A DNA stretch of 64,000 nt. Origin: a candidate division FCPU426 bacterium (GTDB taxonomy: Bacteria > Oederibacteriota > PGYV01 > Palsa-1178). Position numbers and translations under genes: made by a program. The stretch covers positions 800,001 to 864,000 of the forward strand of contig CAWIXE010000002.1 of NCBI GenBank assembly GCA_963840035.1, given 5' to 3'. This document shows positions 49,176-59,437 of the stretch, piece after piece. The notes below the pieces were generated by a model. The model ran no database searches. It had not been told where the DNA came from and worked only from the letters and a program-made list of their open reading frames with translations. Every line of letters starts with the position of its first letter. The stretch's first letter is position 1.

Positions 49176-50271
49176 ATACCTTATACTCTATCTCGCGCTG
49201 GGTTTTTAAACCCTTAATGCGCTCTTCGGCCTGCTGGACATACATGTCCTGCATGTAATACTCATATATGACCCTGGAATAGGCTTCTTTCGCGTCCTTA
49301 TACTGGCCCGCCAGCTTGTACGTGTCGCCTATATGCATCGCGGCGCGGGGCGCCCATTCGGTGTCCTTGAATTTAAATTTAATGAGCTTATATTCCTTAA
49401 CCGCGCTTTTGTACCTGTTAGTCTGCGCGTAAAGCGAAGCCAGCTGGAACCTGGCCTGAATTTCCCACTGGGAGTTTGGGAAGTATTTGATTATGTTCTT
49501 GTAAATGATTTCAACCCTTTTATATTTTTCCTGTTTCATGTAAACCTGCGCCAGGCTCATGTAAGCCCTGATAGTATCCGCTTTGTCCGGTTTTTTGGTT
49601 ATCATGTCCTTATATATTTCGACGGCATATGCCCACTTCTCGAGTTTTGAATAGCAGCCCGCAAGCCTGTAAGCCGCCTCAATGGATATTTCGGCTTTTG
49701 GTTTCTCAGCCAGGACCTTCTGGTATTGTGTTATTGCCTTATCATACTGTTTTGAATACTCATACGCGTTGGCAAGCGAATACCTGATATCGTAAAGGTT
49801 CTTTGCTGTGGGATAGTTCTGTATTATTCTCTCCCAGATTTCGGACGCGCCGTCATAATCCTCTATGTCATAATACTTCCTGCCTTCTTTATATAGGGCG
49901 TTGACATCCTTTTCTATTTCTTCTTTTGTCTTGTTCGCTTCCTGTATGTTTGTTTCATTCGATTTGAACATTGATTCGCCCTGCGGTACGGGTGTGGGTG
50001 TTTTTATGGCGGAGTCCTTTGCCTGTATTCCGCCTGTGGCCTGAACTGTGGGTTCTCCATTATCGATGGCCGGCGAATCGCTTGACATGGCATTGGTCAT
50101 GGACCCGTCCATGGGAGTATTAGGGTCAGGCGTAGGCTGCACATCCCCGGCAAATATGTCGCCCGGCGTTACTGAAGATGTGTCTGTAAAAGCTTCCTGC
50201 TCATCAACGGAATATATATATAATGGCAAAACAAGGTTTAAAATAAGGCAAAAATAGAGTATTTTTTTCAT
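49165..50271 (-). CDS. Exported TPR protein (BamD/CpoB-like repeats)
   Basis: Signal peptide, Pro/Thr linker, about 6 TPRs. Confidence 0.82.
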   Translation of the reverse strand: MKKILYFCLILNLVLPLYIYSVDEQEAFTDTSSVTPGDIFAGDVQPTPDPNTPMDGSMTNAMSSDSPAIDNGEPTVQATGGIQAKDSAIKTPTPVPQGESMFKSNETNIQEANKTKEEIEKDVNALYKEGRKYYDIEDYDGASEIWERIIQNYPTAKNLYDIRYSLANAYEYSKQYDKAITQYQKVLAEKPKAEISIEAAYRLAGCYSKLEKWAYAVEIYKDMITKKPDKADTIRAYMSLAQVYMKQEKYKRVEIIYKNIIKYFPNSQWEIQARFQLASLYAQTNRYKSAVKEYKLIKFKFKDTEWAPRAAMHIGDTYKLAGQYKDAKEAYSRVIYEYYMQDMYVQQAEERIKGLKTQREIEYKVYGQ

Positions 50272-50393
50272 ACACTCTCCTTTTAATTAGTAAAAAGAGA
50301 TTAACATACCTATAGACGATTGTCAATTGTCTATTGTAAATGCCTCAATGAACTAACTGATTTTACTTTTATAGCATAAAAATGAGGATGCTT

Positions 50394-52403
50394 TTATAAT
50401 TTTATCGCTTTTAATAAGTTTGCAGGCGCATCCCATTCAGGCGTACTTTCAGCGGCTTTTTTCGCAAACTTACGAGCCGAACTCAGATCCCCCACGGAAT
50501 ATGCCCCTTCGGCAAGCATCATGCACCAGTCGGCCGTGATGAACATGGGTTTTTCTGTGTCAAAAAGCACCGGGGCCATTTCGTCTTTCGCTCCGCAGAG
50601 ATTCATTGCTTTCAGTTGTGTATACCTTAAAAATGTGTTCTTGAGCATTACGACCTTGTTGTCGACGGTACTTTCGCAGTATTGCGCGCATTTATTTGCG
50701 GTTTCCGCGTAATCCAGCGCCCAGTAAGACAGGTTCGTCTCTGCTATCTGTCCGGCCATTTGCTTAAAATACCATTTAAGCTCAGGGTTGCCCCTTAAAT
50801 CCAGGTCATACAGCACGATGGGCAGTCTGTGCTTGCTGTCATAATCATAAAAATACCGTTCCCTGACCCACGGAAAAATATCCCTGACCACATACCTAAG
50901 CAGCGAAGATGACGTGAATAATACCCTGTCAAAATCAGGGTTTATCTTTCCGTATACGCCTGCGGTATGCATGTATGCGGAATAATCGCCTATATATAGC
51001 GAAAGCGGCAGTGTTGTATTGATGAATATATATCCGCCAGGCTTGTACTTTTTATTTATGTATTGCGCCAGACCCGTATCCCTGTTGTCCGATAATATCT
51101 GCCTGTTCCAGTCCGTGAACATGTAAAATACCGAGTTAATCAGCAACAGTGCCGAGACGGTTATCACCGGGATAATGAAACGCGACCTTACTACGGCGGC
51201 CATGAAAAAACCCATGATTATAACAAGGAACGGAAGCACCATGATGTGTCTGGGGTGCGAAAGGCCGCTGATACACAGGGTAAAAAGCGAAAGAAAAAAG
51301 CCTGTTAGAAATACCCTATAAAGCCTGTGCCGAATATTAACGGCGCAGACTGCCAGCCCGCCCGCGAGCATGAACGCCTCGGTAAATGAAAGCAGCGCAA
51401 GCCTGTCGGTAAAGAAATAAGCATCCTTTAATGGCAGAAAGAAAAATGATGGCAGTCTGCCAAGCGCGGACATTATCCCCGCCGCGGGGCCTGCGCTGTC
51501 CGCGAAGACAGTCCTGCTTAAAGACCATGATAAAATCCCCTTGTTTGAAATGTATGCCAGCGCCGCGGCCGCCACGGCAGCCGTCAGGTACACCAGCGCG
51601 TATTTTATCCGGTCAATCCCGATTTCGCGCCTGTATTCAAAAAGAAGATAAAAAGAAAAAGGGGCCATTAAAGCCCATGATGTATAGGTGAAAAAACCTG
51701 TTAAAAACAGCGCCCCGGCGGCAGCAAGGAAAATCGTGTTGCGGCTGTTTATGTACTTAAAAAAAGTAAATAAGAATGCTGTCGTGTAGAACGGTATGAA
51801 TGAATTTCCCAGGACGTGGCGCGACGCATAAAACGCCCAGGCGCTGGACGCGTATAAAAAACAGAGGATGACGCCGAACTTTTTGTCCCGTATCTCTTTT
51901 CCGAGAAGGTATAGAAAGGCGGCCGTGGCGAGGGAAAGCAGCAGCGGAACGGCCCTTATTAATTCTATTCTGTGGCCGAATAACAGTATGAATACGGAAT
52001 AAACGGCTTCCGGAACCAGCGGCAGAGCGGCTCCCTGTCTTGTTGCGTACGTAAAAACACCTCTGTCACCACGCATTTTTGAGTAGGCATCAACGATATC
52101 GGTCAGTTCGTCAACTATAAAATCATGAGGGAAGCTGAGTATCCTGTAGAACCTCGCGAGCAATAACACCAAGGTCAGGACGGCAATCACAAAAAATAAC
52201 TTTTTTTCCTCTGCGGGACTGAGGAAATAGCCGTATTTTCTTCCAAAATAAAAGAGCGCCATAATGGCGGCGGCGCATGCGGACGCGGCAAAAATATTTG
52301 CCGCGAGATAAAGAAATACTCCGGTTAATAATATGGACGCAAATAAAGGAGCTGCCGCGTATTTAAAAAACAGCTCGACATCTGACTTTGTTTTGTCCAT
52401 CAT
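50394..52403 (-). CDS. GT-C fold membrane glycosyltransferase (ArnT/PMT_2-like)
   Basis: Many TM helices, IVDE motif after the first helices, RAVPLLLSLAT, periplasmic C-terminus. Confidence 0.75.
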   Translation of the reverse strand: MMDKTKSDVELFFKYAAAPLFASILLTGVFLYLAANIFAASACAAAIMALFYFGRKYGYFLSPAEEKKLFFVIAVLTLVLLLARFYRILSFPHDFIVDELTDIVDAYSKMRGDRGVFTYATRQGAALPLVPEAVYSVFILLFGHRIELIRAVPLLLSLATAAFLYLLGKEIRDKKFGVILCFLYASSAWAFYASRHVLGNSFIPFYTTAFLFTFFKYINSRNTIFLAAAGALFLTGFFTYTSWALMAPFSFYLLFEYRREIGIDRIKYALVYLTAAVAAAALAYISNKGILSWSLSRTVFADSAGPAAGIMSALGRLPSFFFLPLKDAYFFTDRLALLSFTEAFMLAGGLAVCAVNIRHRLYRVFLTGFFLSLFTLCISGLSHPRHIMVLPFLVIIMGFFMAAVVRSRFIIPVITVSALLLINSVFYMFTDWNRQILSDNRDTGLAQYINKKYKPGGYIFINTTLPLSLYIGDYSAYMHTAGVYGKINPDFDRVLFTSSSLLRYVVRDIFPWVRERYFYDYDSKHRLPIVLYDLDLRGNPELKWYFKQMAGQIAETNLSYWALDYAETANKCAQYCESTVDNKVVMLKNTFLRYTQLKAMNLCGAKDEMAPVLFDTEKPMFITADWCMMLAEGAYSVGDLSSARKFAKKAAESTPEWDAPANLLKAIKL

Positions 52404-52494
52404 TTATCCCCTTGTCGCTTTTTAGTAGGAAACATAATCTGACCAATGCCTGACTTACTCAGCCTGTTGGCTGCGGCTGCCATCGTCTTTCGTT

Positions 52495-54846
52495 TTAAAT
52501 CGTAACTTCAACCTTACAAGCCGTATTTTTTGACGGCGGTATAACCCCGCCCTCAACAGGTTTTCCGTCCACTTCAATGCCCTTTATTCCCCGCTTTACC
52601 GTAATGTCATACTCACAGCCGCGGAAGAACCTTTTAGCCTTAAATCCTGTCCAGCCGGAGGGTATTTTAGGGGTAATGGCAAGGCCGTTTAATGACGGTT
52701 TTATGCCAAGCATATACTGGGTGGCTGCCACGAACATCCAGGAAGCCGTGCCCGTCAGCCATGAATTGGCGCCTTCGCCCTTGTTAAGGGCGTCATTTGA
52801 AAATACGGTCTGACAGAAGACATACGGTTCGGTCTTTAAAATTTCCGCGTTGTCATTTTTCTTCATGGGAAGGATATTTTTATAGTACTCAAAAGCCGTC
52901 TCAGGCCTGTTTAACATGCATTCGGCCACAATTGCCCATGAGTTGGCGTGAGCGAAGATGCCGTTTTCTTTTCTTCCCGTGTTATACCTGGATATCAGGC
53001 CGAAGGTCTGGTCATATCCGTCAAATGGCGGCCATACTTTTTTTACGCCTTCTTCGGAGGCCAGGTATTTTTTGACGCTGTCCATACACATCATGGCGCG
53101 TTCATATGTGGCTATGCCTGATATGACGCACCACACCTGAGAATTCAGGAATATCTTCGCTTTTTCGCTTTTTTTAGTGCCGATGACCTCGCTGCCAAAG
53201 CCGCGCACATACCATTCGCCGTCCCAGCATTTTTCATTTACAAGCGCCGCCATGGAGTCGGCGCGCTGTTCGAATAATTTTTCATCGCCTTTTTTACCGC
53301 CGTATGGCACCAGCATGGTAAGGAGCCTTAAAGCGTATACATAAAGGCCTGCCGTTACCACGGATTCAGGCTTCTCGCATTCCATCCACAGGTGCAGTGT
53401 GTCGTTCCAGTCGGCGGTAAGTATCAGAGGCAGGCCGTTTGGCCCTTTCATGCGCTCGGTGTAATTGACCGCGTCCACGAGATGCTGATATACGGGAGCC
53501 TTTTTTTTCGAATCGGCATAACCGCATTCCTCTTTTAATAAGCCAAAGTCGCCTGTTTCGGCTATATATGAATATACCATCTGAATGAGCCATAAATGGT
53601 CGTCGGAAAAACCTTTTAAATCGCCCTTTCCGCCGTTCGGGAAGAACTGATGGTAGCAGTCGCCGGTTTCAAACTGCGTGGTGGAGAGTATCTGGAATAT
53701 CCTTTGTTTTGCCCGCTCGGGTATCTGCGCGTTGATGGCGAGGGTATCCTGGCACGAGTCGCGGGTACCCATACCGCGGCCTTCGCCGTTCTCGTAGAAT
53801 GATATGTAACGGGACCAGTCAAATGTGGTCTTGCACTGGTACTGGTTCCAGACATTGACAACCAGGTTTAAATCCTTATCAGGCGAATCCAGGCTGAATT
53901 TTTCCATATACCGGGTCCAGCCTTCCTTAACTTTTTTTAGGGCCGATTCCACGTTCGCGTTATCACTGTAAAAATTCCTCATGAAAGCGGCGTCCTCGGC
54001 TTTTTCCGCGAAACCCAGCGTAACTATAATTTCCCTTTCCTCGCCCGGGTCGAGCACTATGGATGACCTTAATGCGGCGCAGCCGTTGCCTCCGCGCAGG
54101 ATAGAGTTTGAAAGTGTTTCGGATTCCACTCCTGAGGGGTTTGATTCTGAGTTGTAATTACCCAGGAATTTGTCCCTTACACAGTCATAATCCATGACCT
54201 TCTCGCTTGTGCCCATAAAAGCAAAACCGCCCCTGTCGCCCACGTAGTTCGCGTTTGCCTTCATGTCAAAAGCAGGGTGCGGCTCGATGAAATTGTAAAG
54301 CACCATGTCGTTTTCAAAAGAACCCCGGGTTAAGTGAAGCGACCACTGGATGTTCCTGGATTCAGGCTCGCACCACATGGTGAATTCGGAATATGAATAA
54401 ATGGAGAGTTTTTTTATGGACGTGGAACGGTTTGCTATTTTTAAGCGCCAGATTTCGCAGTCATGGTCGGCCGGGACAAAATATAGGGTCTCAGTGACTA
54501 TGTCTTTTACCTGCTGGGTTATCACCGTATACCCCTGGCCGTGCCTGCACTCGTATGAATCGGGTTTTTTCATGACAGGCTGCCATGTGGGCGAGAAATA
54601 GTGCTTTGTTTCCTCGTCCTTGATATAGAAATACCTTCCGGGCCTGTCCACGGGCACGTTATTATACCTGTATTTTGTTATCCTGCGGTCGCGCGGGTCC
54701 TTGTGAAAAGAAAAACCGCCCGCGGCCTGCGATATGATGCCGCAATAACCGCGGAGGTTTGAGATGTAATTAATCCACGGCGTAGGCGTATCCGGCCTGG
54801 TAATGATGTATTCACGTCCGTCATTCGAAAAGTATCCGTAGCGCAT
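52495..54846 (-). CDS. GH94 glycoside phosphorylase (cellobiose/chitobiose phosphorylase-like)
   Basis: RPDTPTPWINY, GRGMGTRDSCQD, SDDHLWL, ADWNDTL, KENGIF, SWLTGTASW. Confidence 0.93.
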   Translation of the reverse strand: MRYGYFSNDGREYIITRPDTPTPWINYISNLRGYCGIISQAAGGFSFHKDPRDRRITKYRYNNVPVDRPGRYFYIKDEETKHYFSPTWQPVMKKPDSYECRHGQGYTVITQQVKDIVTETLYFVPADHDCEIWRLKIANRSTSIKKLSIYSYSEFTMWCEPESRNIQWSLHLTRGSFENDMVLYNFIEPHPAFDMKANANYVGDRGGFAFMGTSEKVMDYDCVRDKFLGNYNSESNPSGVESETLSNSILRGGNGCAALRSSIVLDPGEEREIIVTLGFAEKAEDAAFMRNFYSDNANVESALKKVKEGWTRYMEKFSLDSPDKDLNLVVNVWNQYQCKTTFDWSRYISFYENGEGRGMGTRDSCQDTLAINAQIPERAKQRIFQILSTTQFETGDCYHQFFPNGGKGDLKGFSDDHLWLIQMVYSYIAETGDFGLLKEECGYADSKKKAPVYQHLVDAVNYTERMKGPNGLPLILTADWNDTLHLWMECEKPESVVTAGLYVYALRLLTMLVPYGGKKGDEKLFEQRADSMAALVNEKCWDGEWYVRGFGSEVIGTKKSEKAKIFLNSQVWCVISGIATYERAMMCMDSVKKYLASEEGVKKVWPPFDGYDQTFGLISRYNTGRKENGIFAHANSWAIVAECMLNRPETAFEYYKNILPMKKNDNAEILKTEPYVFCQTVFSNDALNKGEGANSWLTGTASWMFVAATQYMLGIKPSLNGLAITPKIPSGWTGFKAKRFFRGCEYDITVKRGIKGIEVDGKPVEGGVIPPSKNTACKVEVTI

Positions 54847-55013
54847 GTCACCCTCCAGAACGTAATTTGGTAAAGTAAAAAAGTCAAAACTCAAAAGTCA
54901 AAAGTGATACACAAACAAGAACCGCCGTTAAAGTTAAGGGCATAACTATCCCAAGTAAAACAATGATCGTTTATAAATAAAAGCGATTACATACCTCTCT
55001 ATTTTTACAGTAT

Positions 55014-55727
55014 TTATTCTTTTGTAACACTTTTGACATTTGACTTTTGAGTTTTGACTTTAATTAGTTCCGGCTCTATGAGCCTCATGAACCGTATCCC
55101 CGCAAATATAAGCAGCGCGAGCATTATCACGGAAGATATTACAAGCGGCCACGGTATCATATGTTCGTCCTTGAAGTCTATGTACGCGTCCGTGCCTGCT
55201 ATATATATGAAAAGCCACGGCAGCATGGCGGCAAAAGAGCAGATTATATAAGGGATGAATTTCACCTTGGTCAGTCCGAAACCGTAGTTGACTAACTCCG
55301 CGGGTATGAACGGGATGAAGCGTATAATGGCGACCATGTACCAACCGTATTTTTCAGTGAGCGTTTCTATCCTTATGAAGAAAGGTTTTTTGCCAAGCCA
55401 GTCTTCCACCATGTCCCTGGCAAGGAACCGCGAGAGCACATATGCTATTGCGATGCCAAGCGTGGCGCCTGCCGATGATGCCGCAAGGCCGGAAAATGTC
55501 CCGAATACAGTGCCCGCGTATACTGTGAGGGCAATTGCGGGGACGCCGAAGGCAAAAGAGACGCCAAAGATGCCGATGAAAGCAAGAATGCCTAAAAATC
55601 CGTTGGATTGTATCCAGCCGCGCAGCAAGGTCAGCCTGTGGAAGATATGATAGTACTCAACCGCCCAGATGGCGGCTATCAAAATAACTATGAATACGGA
55701 AAATTTAAAAACATCGATTTTTTTCAT
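55014..55727 (-). CDS. TVP38/TMEM64 (DedA superfamily) membrane protein
   Basis: AGTVFG, GATLG, IRFIPFIP, NYGFGLT. Confidence 0.9.
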   Translation of the reverse strand: MKKIDVFKFSVFIVILIAAIWAVEYYHIFHRLTLLRGWIQSNGFLGILAFIGIFGVSFAFGVPAIALTVYAGTVFGTFSGLAASSAGATLGIAIAYVLSRFLARDMVEDWLGKKPFFIRIETLTEKYGWYMVAIIRFIPFIPAELVNYGFGLTKVKFIPYIICSFAAMLPWLFIYIAGTDAYIDFKDEHMIPWPLVISSVIMLALLIFAGIRFMRLIEPELIKVKTQKSNVKSVTKE

Positions 55728-55832
55728 GCGGTAATTATAGCCTAATTTGAGGTTTTTGGGTTATTTTTTTTGAATGAACGGCGGTTAAAGCGCGGTAAAG
55801 CGCCGTTCTCATTCCCTTTAGTTTCACTGGAT

Positions 55833-56585
55833 TTATTTGTAAGTAATGTATATATCGTCAATATACATGGAATAATCGGCGAAGCTAAGGCCCATATTTG
55901 TCAGGATGCCGAAAAAATCCGTATAAACTGCGTCAACAGCCGAAATAATGGTCGCGTCGGCTTTTTGCTCGTGCAGGTCATTGCAGGGTATGTCAATAAC
56001 TCCGGCGATAATGTCATCTTTTTCTATCGTCCATGAATAAGTGTCAGCTGTCAGGTCAAGCGTCATGGTTACATTATACCAGTCGCCGGCCGTCCAGTTT
56101 ATGCCCGGCGTATGGGCGGTATTTCCCGCCGAATAATAGCTGGTCGTACCGCCAAAGTCAAAATCAAGCCTCATCTTTTCCACCTGTTGCAGGTAAAAAA
56201 CAAACGCCCTTCCGCTCATGAGGAAACTGACGTTTACGTTAAAATTCACCTTAATAGTGCCGGCATTGTAAACGGGCGGAGATGTTATAAGGGCCTTTAT
56301 TATCTGCCTGTCATAGTCCTTTTTCTGGCTGTAGATCATAATGGATTTGTCGGCTGAAACCGAGGCGGTATTCGTCACCGGAAAATAAACCGCGTCGCTG
56401 GCGCTGAATACTGACGCCCTCGTCCAGTTTGCGGGTGTATTGCCGACAAAATCCGCGGTATAATAGTCAAAGTTTTCCCGCAGAAGAGGCATGCCTCCCT
56501 GAGACGAAACGGGATTGCTGTCAGAGCAGGAAATAAACAGTATTGAGACAACTATTGCCAGGCATAGTATCAAAAATTTTTTCAT
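55833..56585 (-). CDS. Hypothetical lipoprotein (beta-sandwich/lectin-like)
   Basis: Lipobox FISC; LRENFD...WYNVTMTLD...MYIDDIYIT pattern. Confidence 0.7.
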   Translation of the reverse strand: MKKFLILCLAIVVSILFISCSDSNPVSSQGGMPLLRENFDYYTADFVGNTPANWTRASVFSASDAVYFPVTNTASVSADKSIMIYSQKKDYDRQIIKALITSPPVYNAGTIKVNFNVNVSFLMSGRAFVFYLQQVEKMRLDFDFGGTTSYYSAGNTAHTPGINWTAGDWYNVTMTLDLTADTYSWTIEKDDIIAGVIDIPCNDLHEQKADATIISAVDAVYTDFFGILTNMGLSFADYSMYIDDIYITYK

Positions 56586-56695
56586 GTTCCCTCCCCGGGA
56601 TTTTTATGGCGATTATTATAGCAGAATGTAAAAGCACGGTCAATACGGGCAAATCACAGAAATTTTTTTTATCAGCAACAAACACGTGACAGCCT

Positions 56696-57376
56696 TTAAC
56701 CCTTTTTTTCACGCGGCAAATCCAAAATTTTGAATTTCTTTTTATGCGCGTCCCTTATTATGTAATATACCATGAAACTGATAACGGCTGCGAAAAAGCA
56801 CCACACCGATGTCAGGCACTTTGTGTAAAAGACGAAAGACACGAGAAATGAGGCTGCCATTATGCTGCCCAGCACATGCATCCTCCTGACGCTTGAAATA
56901 AATAGCGGCAGGATAGTGGCGGCCAGGTAGAATATCACCGGGTAGTTGCCGAAAGGCAGCCTGAAATCCGAAATGTACGCGATGTGCATGGAGCTTACTT
57001 CCGCGCGCGGGCCGTAAAATATCATGCCGTAAATATTAAAGAGCGCCACCACCGCGCCCACAATAAGCAGGGCCGTTAAAATTTTCTTCCTTGGTTTTTT
57101 ATCCTCGATTAACAATACGGATAGCGGGACTGCCGCGGGCCATACTATTTCCGCCAAAATTAAAAACAGGTATGTTGAGAAAGCCTGAATCCCGCCATAT
57201 CCGTGGCGCCCTATTGAAAGCCATAATATCCCTTCGGTGAATTGCTGCAAAGCGAAGAAAAGCGGTATGCAGGCGAAAACCATCTGCGCGGGTTTATGTA
57301 CCTTTTTAAGGGTTTCAACCCCGATGACCGTAAGCAACACCCCGCCGGTAAAACTAGCCGAAGCAGAAAAACACAT
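56696..57376 (-). CDS. Conserved membrane protein (DUF6629-like, MCFSASASF start)
   Basis: MCFSASASF, PLFFALQQFTEG, SVWCFFAA; about 7 TM helices. Confidence 0.75.
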   Translation of the reverse strand: MCFSASASFTGGVLLTVIGVETLKKVHKPAQMVFACIPLFFALQQFTEGILWLSIGRHGYGGIQAFSTYLFLILAEIVWPAAVPLSVLLIEDKKPRKKILTALLIVGAVVALFNIYGMIFYGPRAEVSSMHIAYISDFRLPFGNYPVIFYLAATILPLFISSVRRMHVLGSIMAASFLVSFVFYTKCLTSVWCFFAAVISFMVYYIIRDAHKKKFKILDLPREKKG

Positions 57377-57521
57377 AATTCCCCCCTGTGAAACCGTTTA
57401 GTGGCGTGCGTGCTCTTCCTGCATGGAATTACCGACAGTTTTTTGGAGGAGACGCGTTCTTCCTGTTAATGCCGATATGTATAACGTTTTAAATTGAAAA
57501 TTGAAAATTGAAAATCCGTAT

Positions 57522-57773
57522 TTACATATGGTCTATATTAAACCCCGGTGTCGCGTTCTTGAGTTTGTGGATGTGTTTGCATTTCGGGCATGTAATAATT
57601 ACACCCGGGCCGGCGTTTGTGACGGGTATTCCGGATTTCTTTTGTTCAAAAGTAGGCCCCGGTGAAGTAATCTTCACCTTGCCTGAAGTGCAACAACAGA
57701 AAAATATTGATTTAGCGGCGCTGCTTCCCCATAATGAAGCCGCTTTTTTAGGATATCCGGGACATTTTGCCAT
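57522..57773 (-). CDS. Small Cys-rich hypothetical protein
   Basis: GGGGTGG RBS before ATG GCA; CPG, CCC and CPKC motifs. Confidence 0.5.
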   Translation of the reverse strand: MAKCPGYPKKAASLWGSSAAKSIFFCCCTSGKVKITSPGPTFEQKKSGIPVTNAGPGVIITCPKCKHIHKLKNATPGFNIDHM

Positions 57774-57930
57774 AACCACCCCAATCTTTTTGCTTGCTTT
57801 AAATCATAAATATATTATACCTTAAAACCCGCGGATTATATACAGCTAATAAATACCCGTTATTGTATATAATCGTGTGTAAATTCATATTTGCTTATAT
57901 TAAACGTGTTAATTTTCTTCTACCACTGCT

Positions 57931-58019
57931 CCCCCCTCTCCTCTTAGGAGAGGGGCTGGGGTGAGGTGAAACCAATTGTCTTATTCCCCTCACCCTACCC
58001 TCTCCCAAGGGGAGAGGGA
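57931..58019. repeat. CCCTCTCC...GGAGAGGG palindromic repeat doublet
   Basis: CCCCTCTCCTCTTAGGAGAGGGGCTGGGGTGAGG ... CCTCACCCTACCCTCTCCCAAGGGGAGAGGG. Confidence 0.75.
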
Positions 58020-58086
58020 AAAAAGAACAAAACAATTTACACACAATTCTTGACAATATCTAAATACCCGGAATTTAGATAAAGCG

Positions 58087-58659
58087 TTACTCAATCTTAA
58101 TCCCGTATTTATCCAGCAGGCCCAGAACGCCCGGCAATGAAAATTTCGAGCCCTTTACCCTGTTTTGTTCCGGGTCTATGGAGTAGTTATAGGAGCTCCT
58201 GAAATCAGTCCCTGTAAGGTTTACTTTCTGGAAGATTGTGCGCGCCAGGTCGCAGTTTTCAAATAAGGCTTCAGAGAGGTCTGTTTCCTGGAATACGGCT
58301 TCCCTGACAGTACAGCCTTTAAAATGCGTTTTCCGCATCTTTTTTTTATCAAACCCGGCATATGAAAGGTCGCATTCGGTAAAGCTGACCGAAAACATGG
58401 AATCGCTGCAGGCGCTGAAAGCCACCCCGCTTAGCGAGCATCCGTTGAATTTAACTTTTTTTAAGGAGGTATTGTCCGGTTTTACCAGTTTCATGGAACA
58501 GTTATTAAAGGAACAATCCGTAAATGAATTGTTTTTCATGATACATCCCGACAGATCGCAGCCGTCAAAAACACAGTTCTCAAATTCGCAGGAAGTTATT
58601 TCCCCGTCTTTAAGCGCGAGTTTTTTAAATGTTTTGTTTTCATGCGTTTCATTATTCAT
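58087..58659 (-). CDS. Pentapeptide repeat protein
   Basis: Tandem xxFxx/xDLSx repeats, ending SKFSLPGVLGLL. Confidence 0.92.
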   Translation of the reverse strand: MNNETHENKTFKKLALKDGEITSCEFENCVFDGCDLSGCIMKNNSFTDCSFNNCSMKLVKPDNTSLKKVKFNGCSLSGVAFSACSDSMFSVSFTECDLSYAGFDKKKMRKTHFKGCTVREAVFQETDLSEALFENCDLARTIFQKVNLTGTDFRSSYNYSIDPEQNRVKGSKFSLPGVLGLLDKYGIKIE

Positions 58660-58718
58660 AGTAATCCTTGGCGTGTTTTTTAGATTTGCGTTTCTACCAA
58701 CCACTCACAACCCACTGC

Positions 58719-59417
58719 TCACCCTTTCACCGCATCACTGCTCGCCTTCATCGCCGTAATTTCAGTCAACCCGGCCGACTCTATGATGTCGTTTAAGACC
58801 CATTCCTTCTTGCTGCGTGTGAACTTCCACACTTCGGTAAACTTTTTTGCCTGCAACCTGCTGCCTTCGGTTACTGCGCCGGTCCTGTCGTCTATCATAT
58901 AGCTCAGCATGGAACCCTTCATCCTTACCCAGACTTCATCCCTGCTCGAGCCTTTATGGTCTATGATGTTTACAACCTGTGATGGCCCAAGCTTGATCTT
59001 TTCAATTATGTTCTTCTCGTGCCTTTTTTTCATGGCGTCAGTCTGCATTTTGTGAATCTTATAAAGGGCGGGGCTCATATGGCTTTTTGCAATGAGCTGG
59101 TTCCTTTTAGCCCACGCTTCTTTTACTTTCATAAATACCTCTGGAACGCGTTTTTTTATGAGCGATTCATCCCAGTATTTTTCATAGGTTTTAAGTTTTC
59201 CCATCAGGTTCCTGCATTGTATTTCCTTGCGCGCCACCATGAAGGTTATGGCCGCGGAGTAGCCTATAAGCAGGCCGTTCTTTATCCAGCCGAAAACCTT
59301 GCCGGCCAAAACAGCCCCGCCTATTACAGCGTCAGCCATGGCAAAAGAGACAACAATAAACACAAGCCCCACCAGCATTGCCAGATAAATAAAAGTGCGT
59401 TTTTTTGCGCCCATCAC
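58719..59417 (-). CDS. Tim44-like domain membrane protein
   Basis: Two TM helices, then FMKVKEAW...MSPALY...KFTEVWKFTR...WVLNDI. Confidence 0.82.
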   Translation of the reverse strand: MMGAKKRTFIYLAMLVGLVFIVVSFAMADAVIGGAVLAGKVFGWIKNGLLIGYSAAITFMVARKEIQCRNLMGKLKTYEKYWDESLIKKRVPEVFMKVKEAWAKRNQLIAKSHMSPALYKIHKMQTDAMKKRHEKNIIEKIKLGPSQVVNIIDHKGSSRDEVWVRMKGSMLSYMIDDRTGAVTEGSRLQAKKFTEVWKFTRSKKEWVLNDIIESAGLTEITAMKASSDAVKG

Positions 59418-59437
59418 AGACTCCTTAAATTTGCCGT

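Noticed and set aside
58087..58659. Qnr quinolone-resistance gene
   Set aside because: Generic pentapeptide repeats only; nothing specific supports Qnr.
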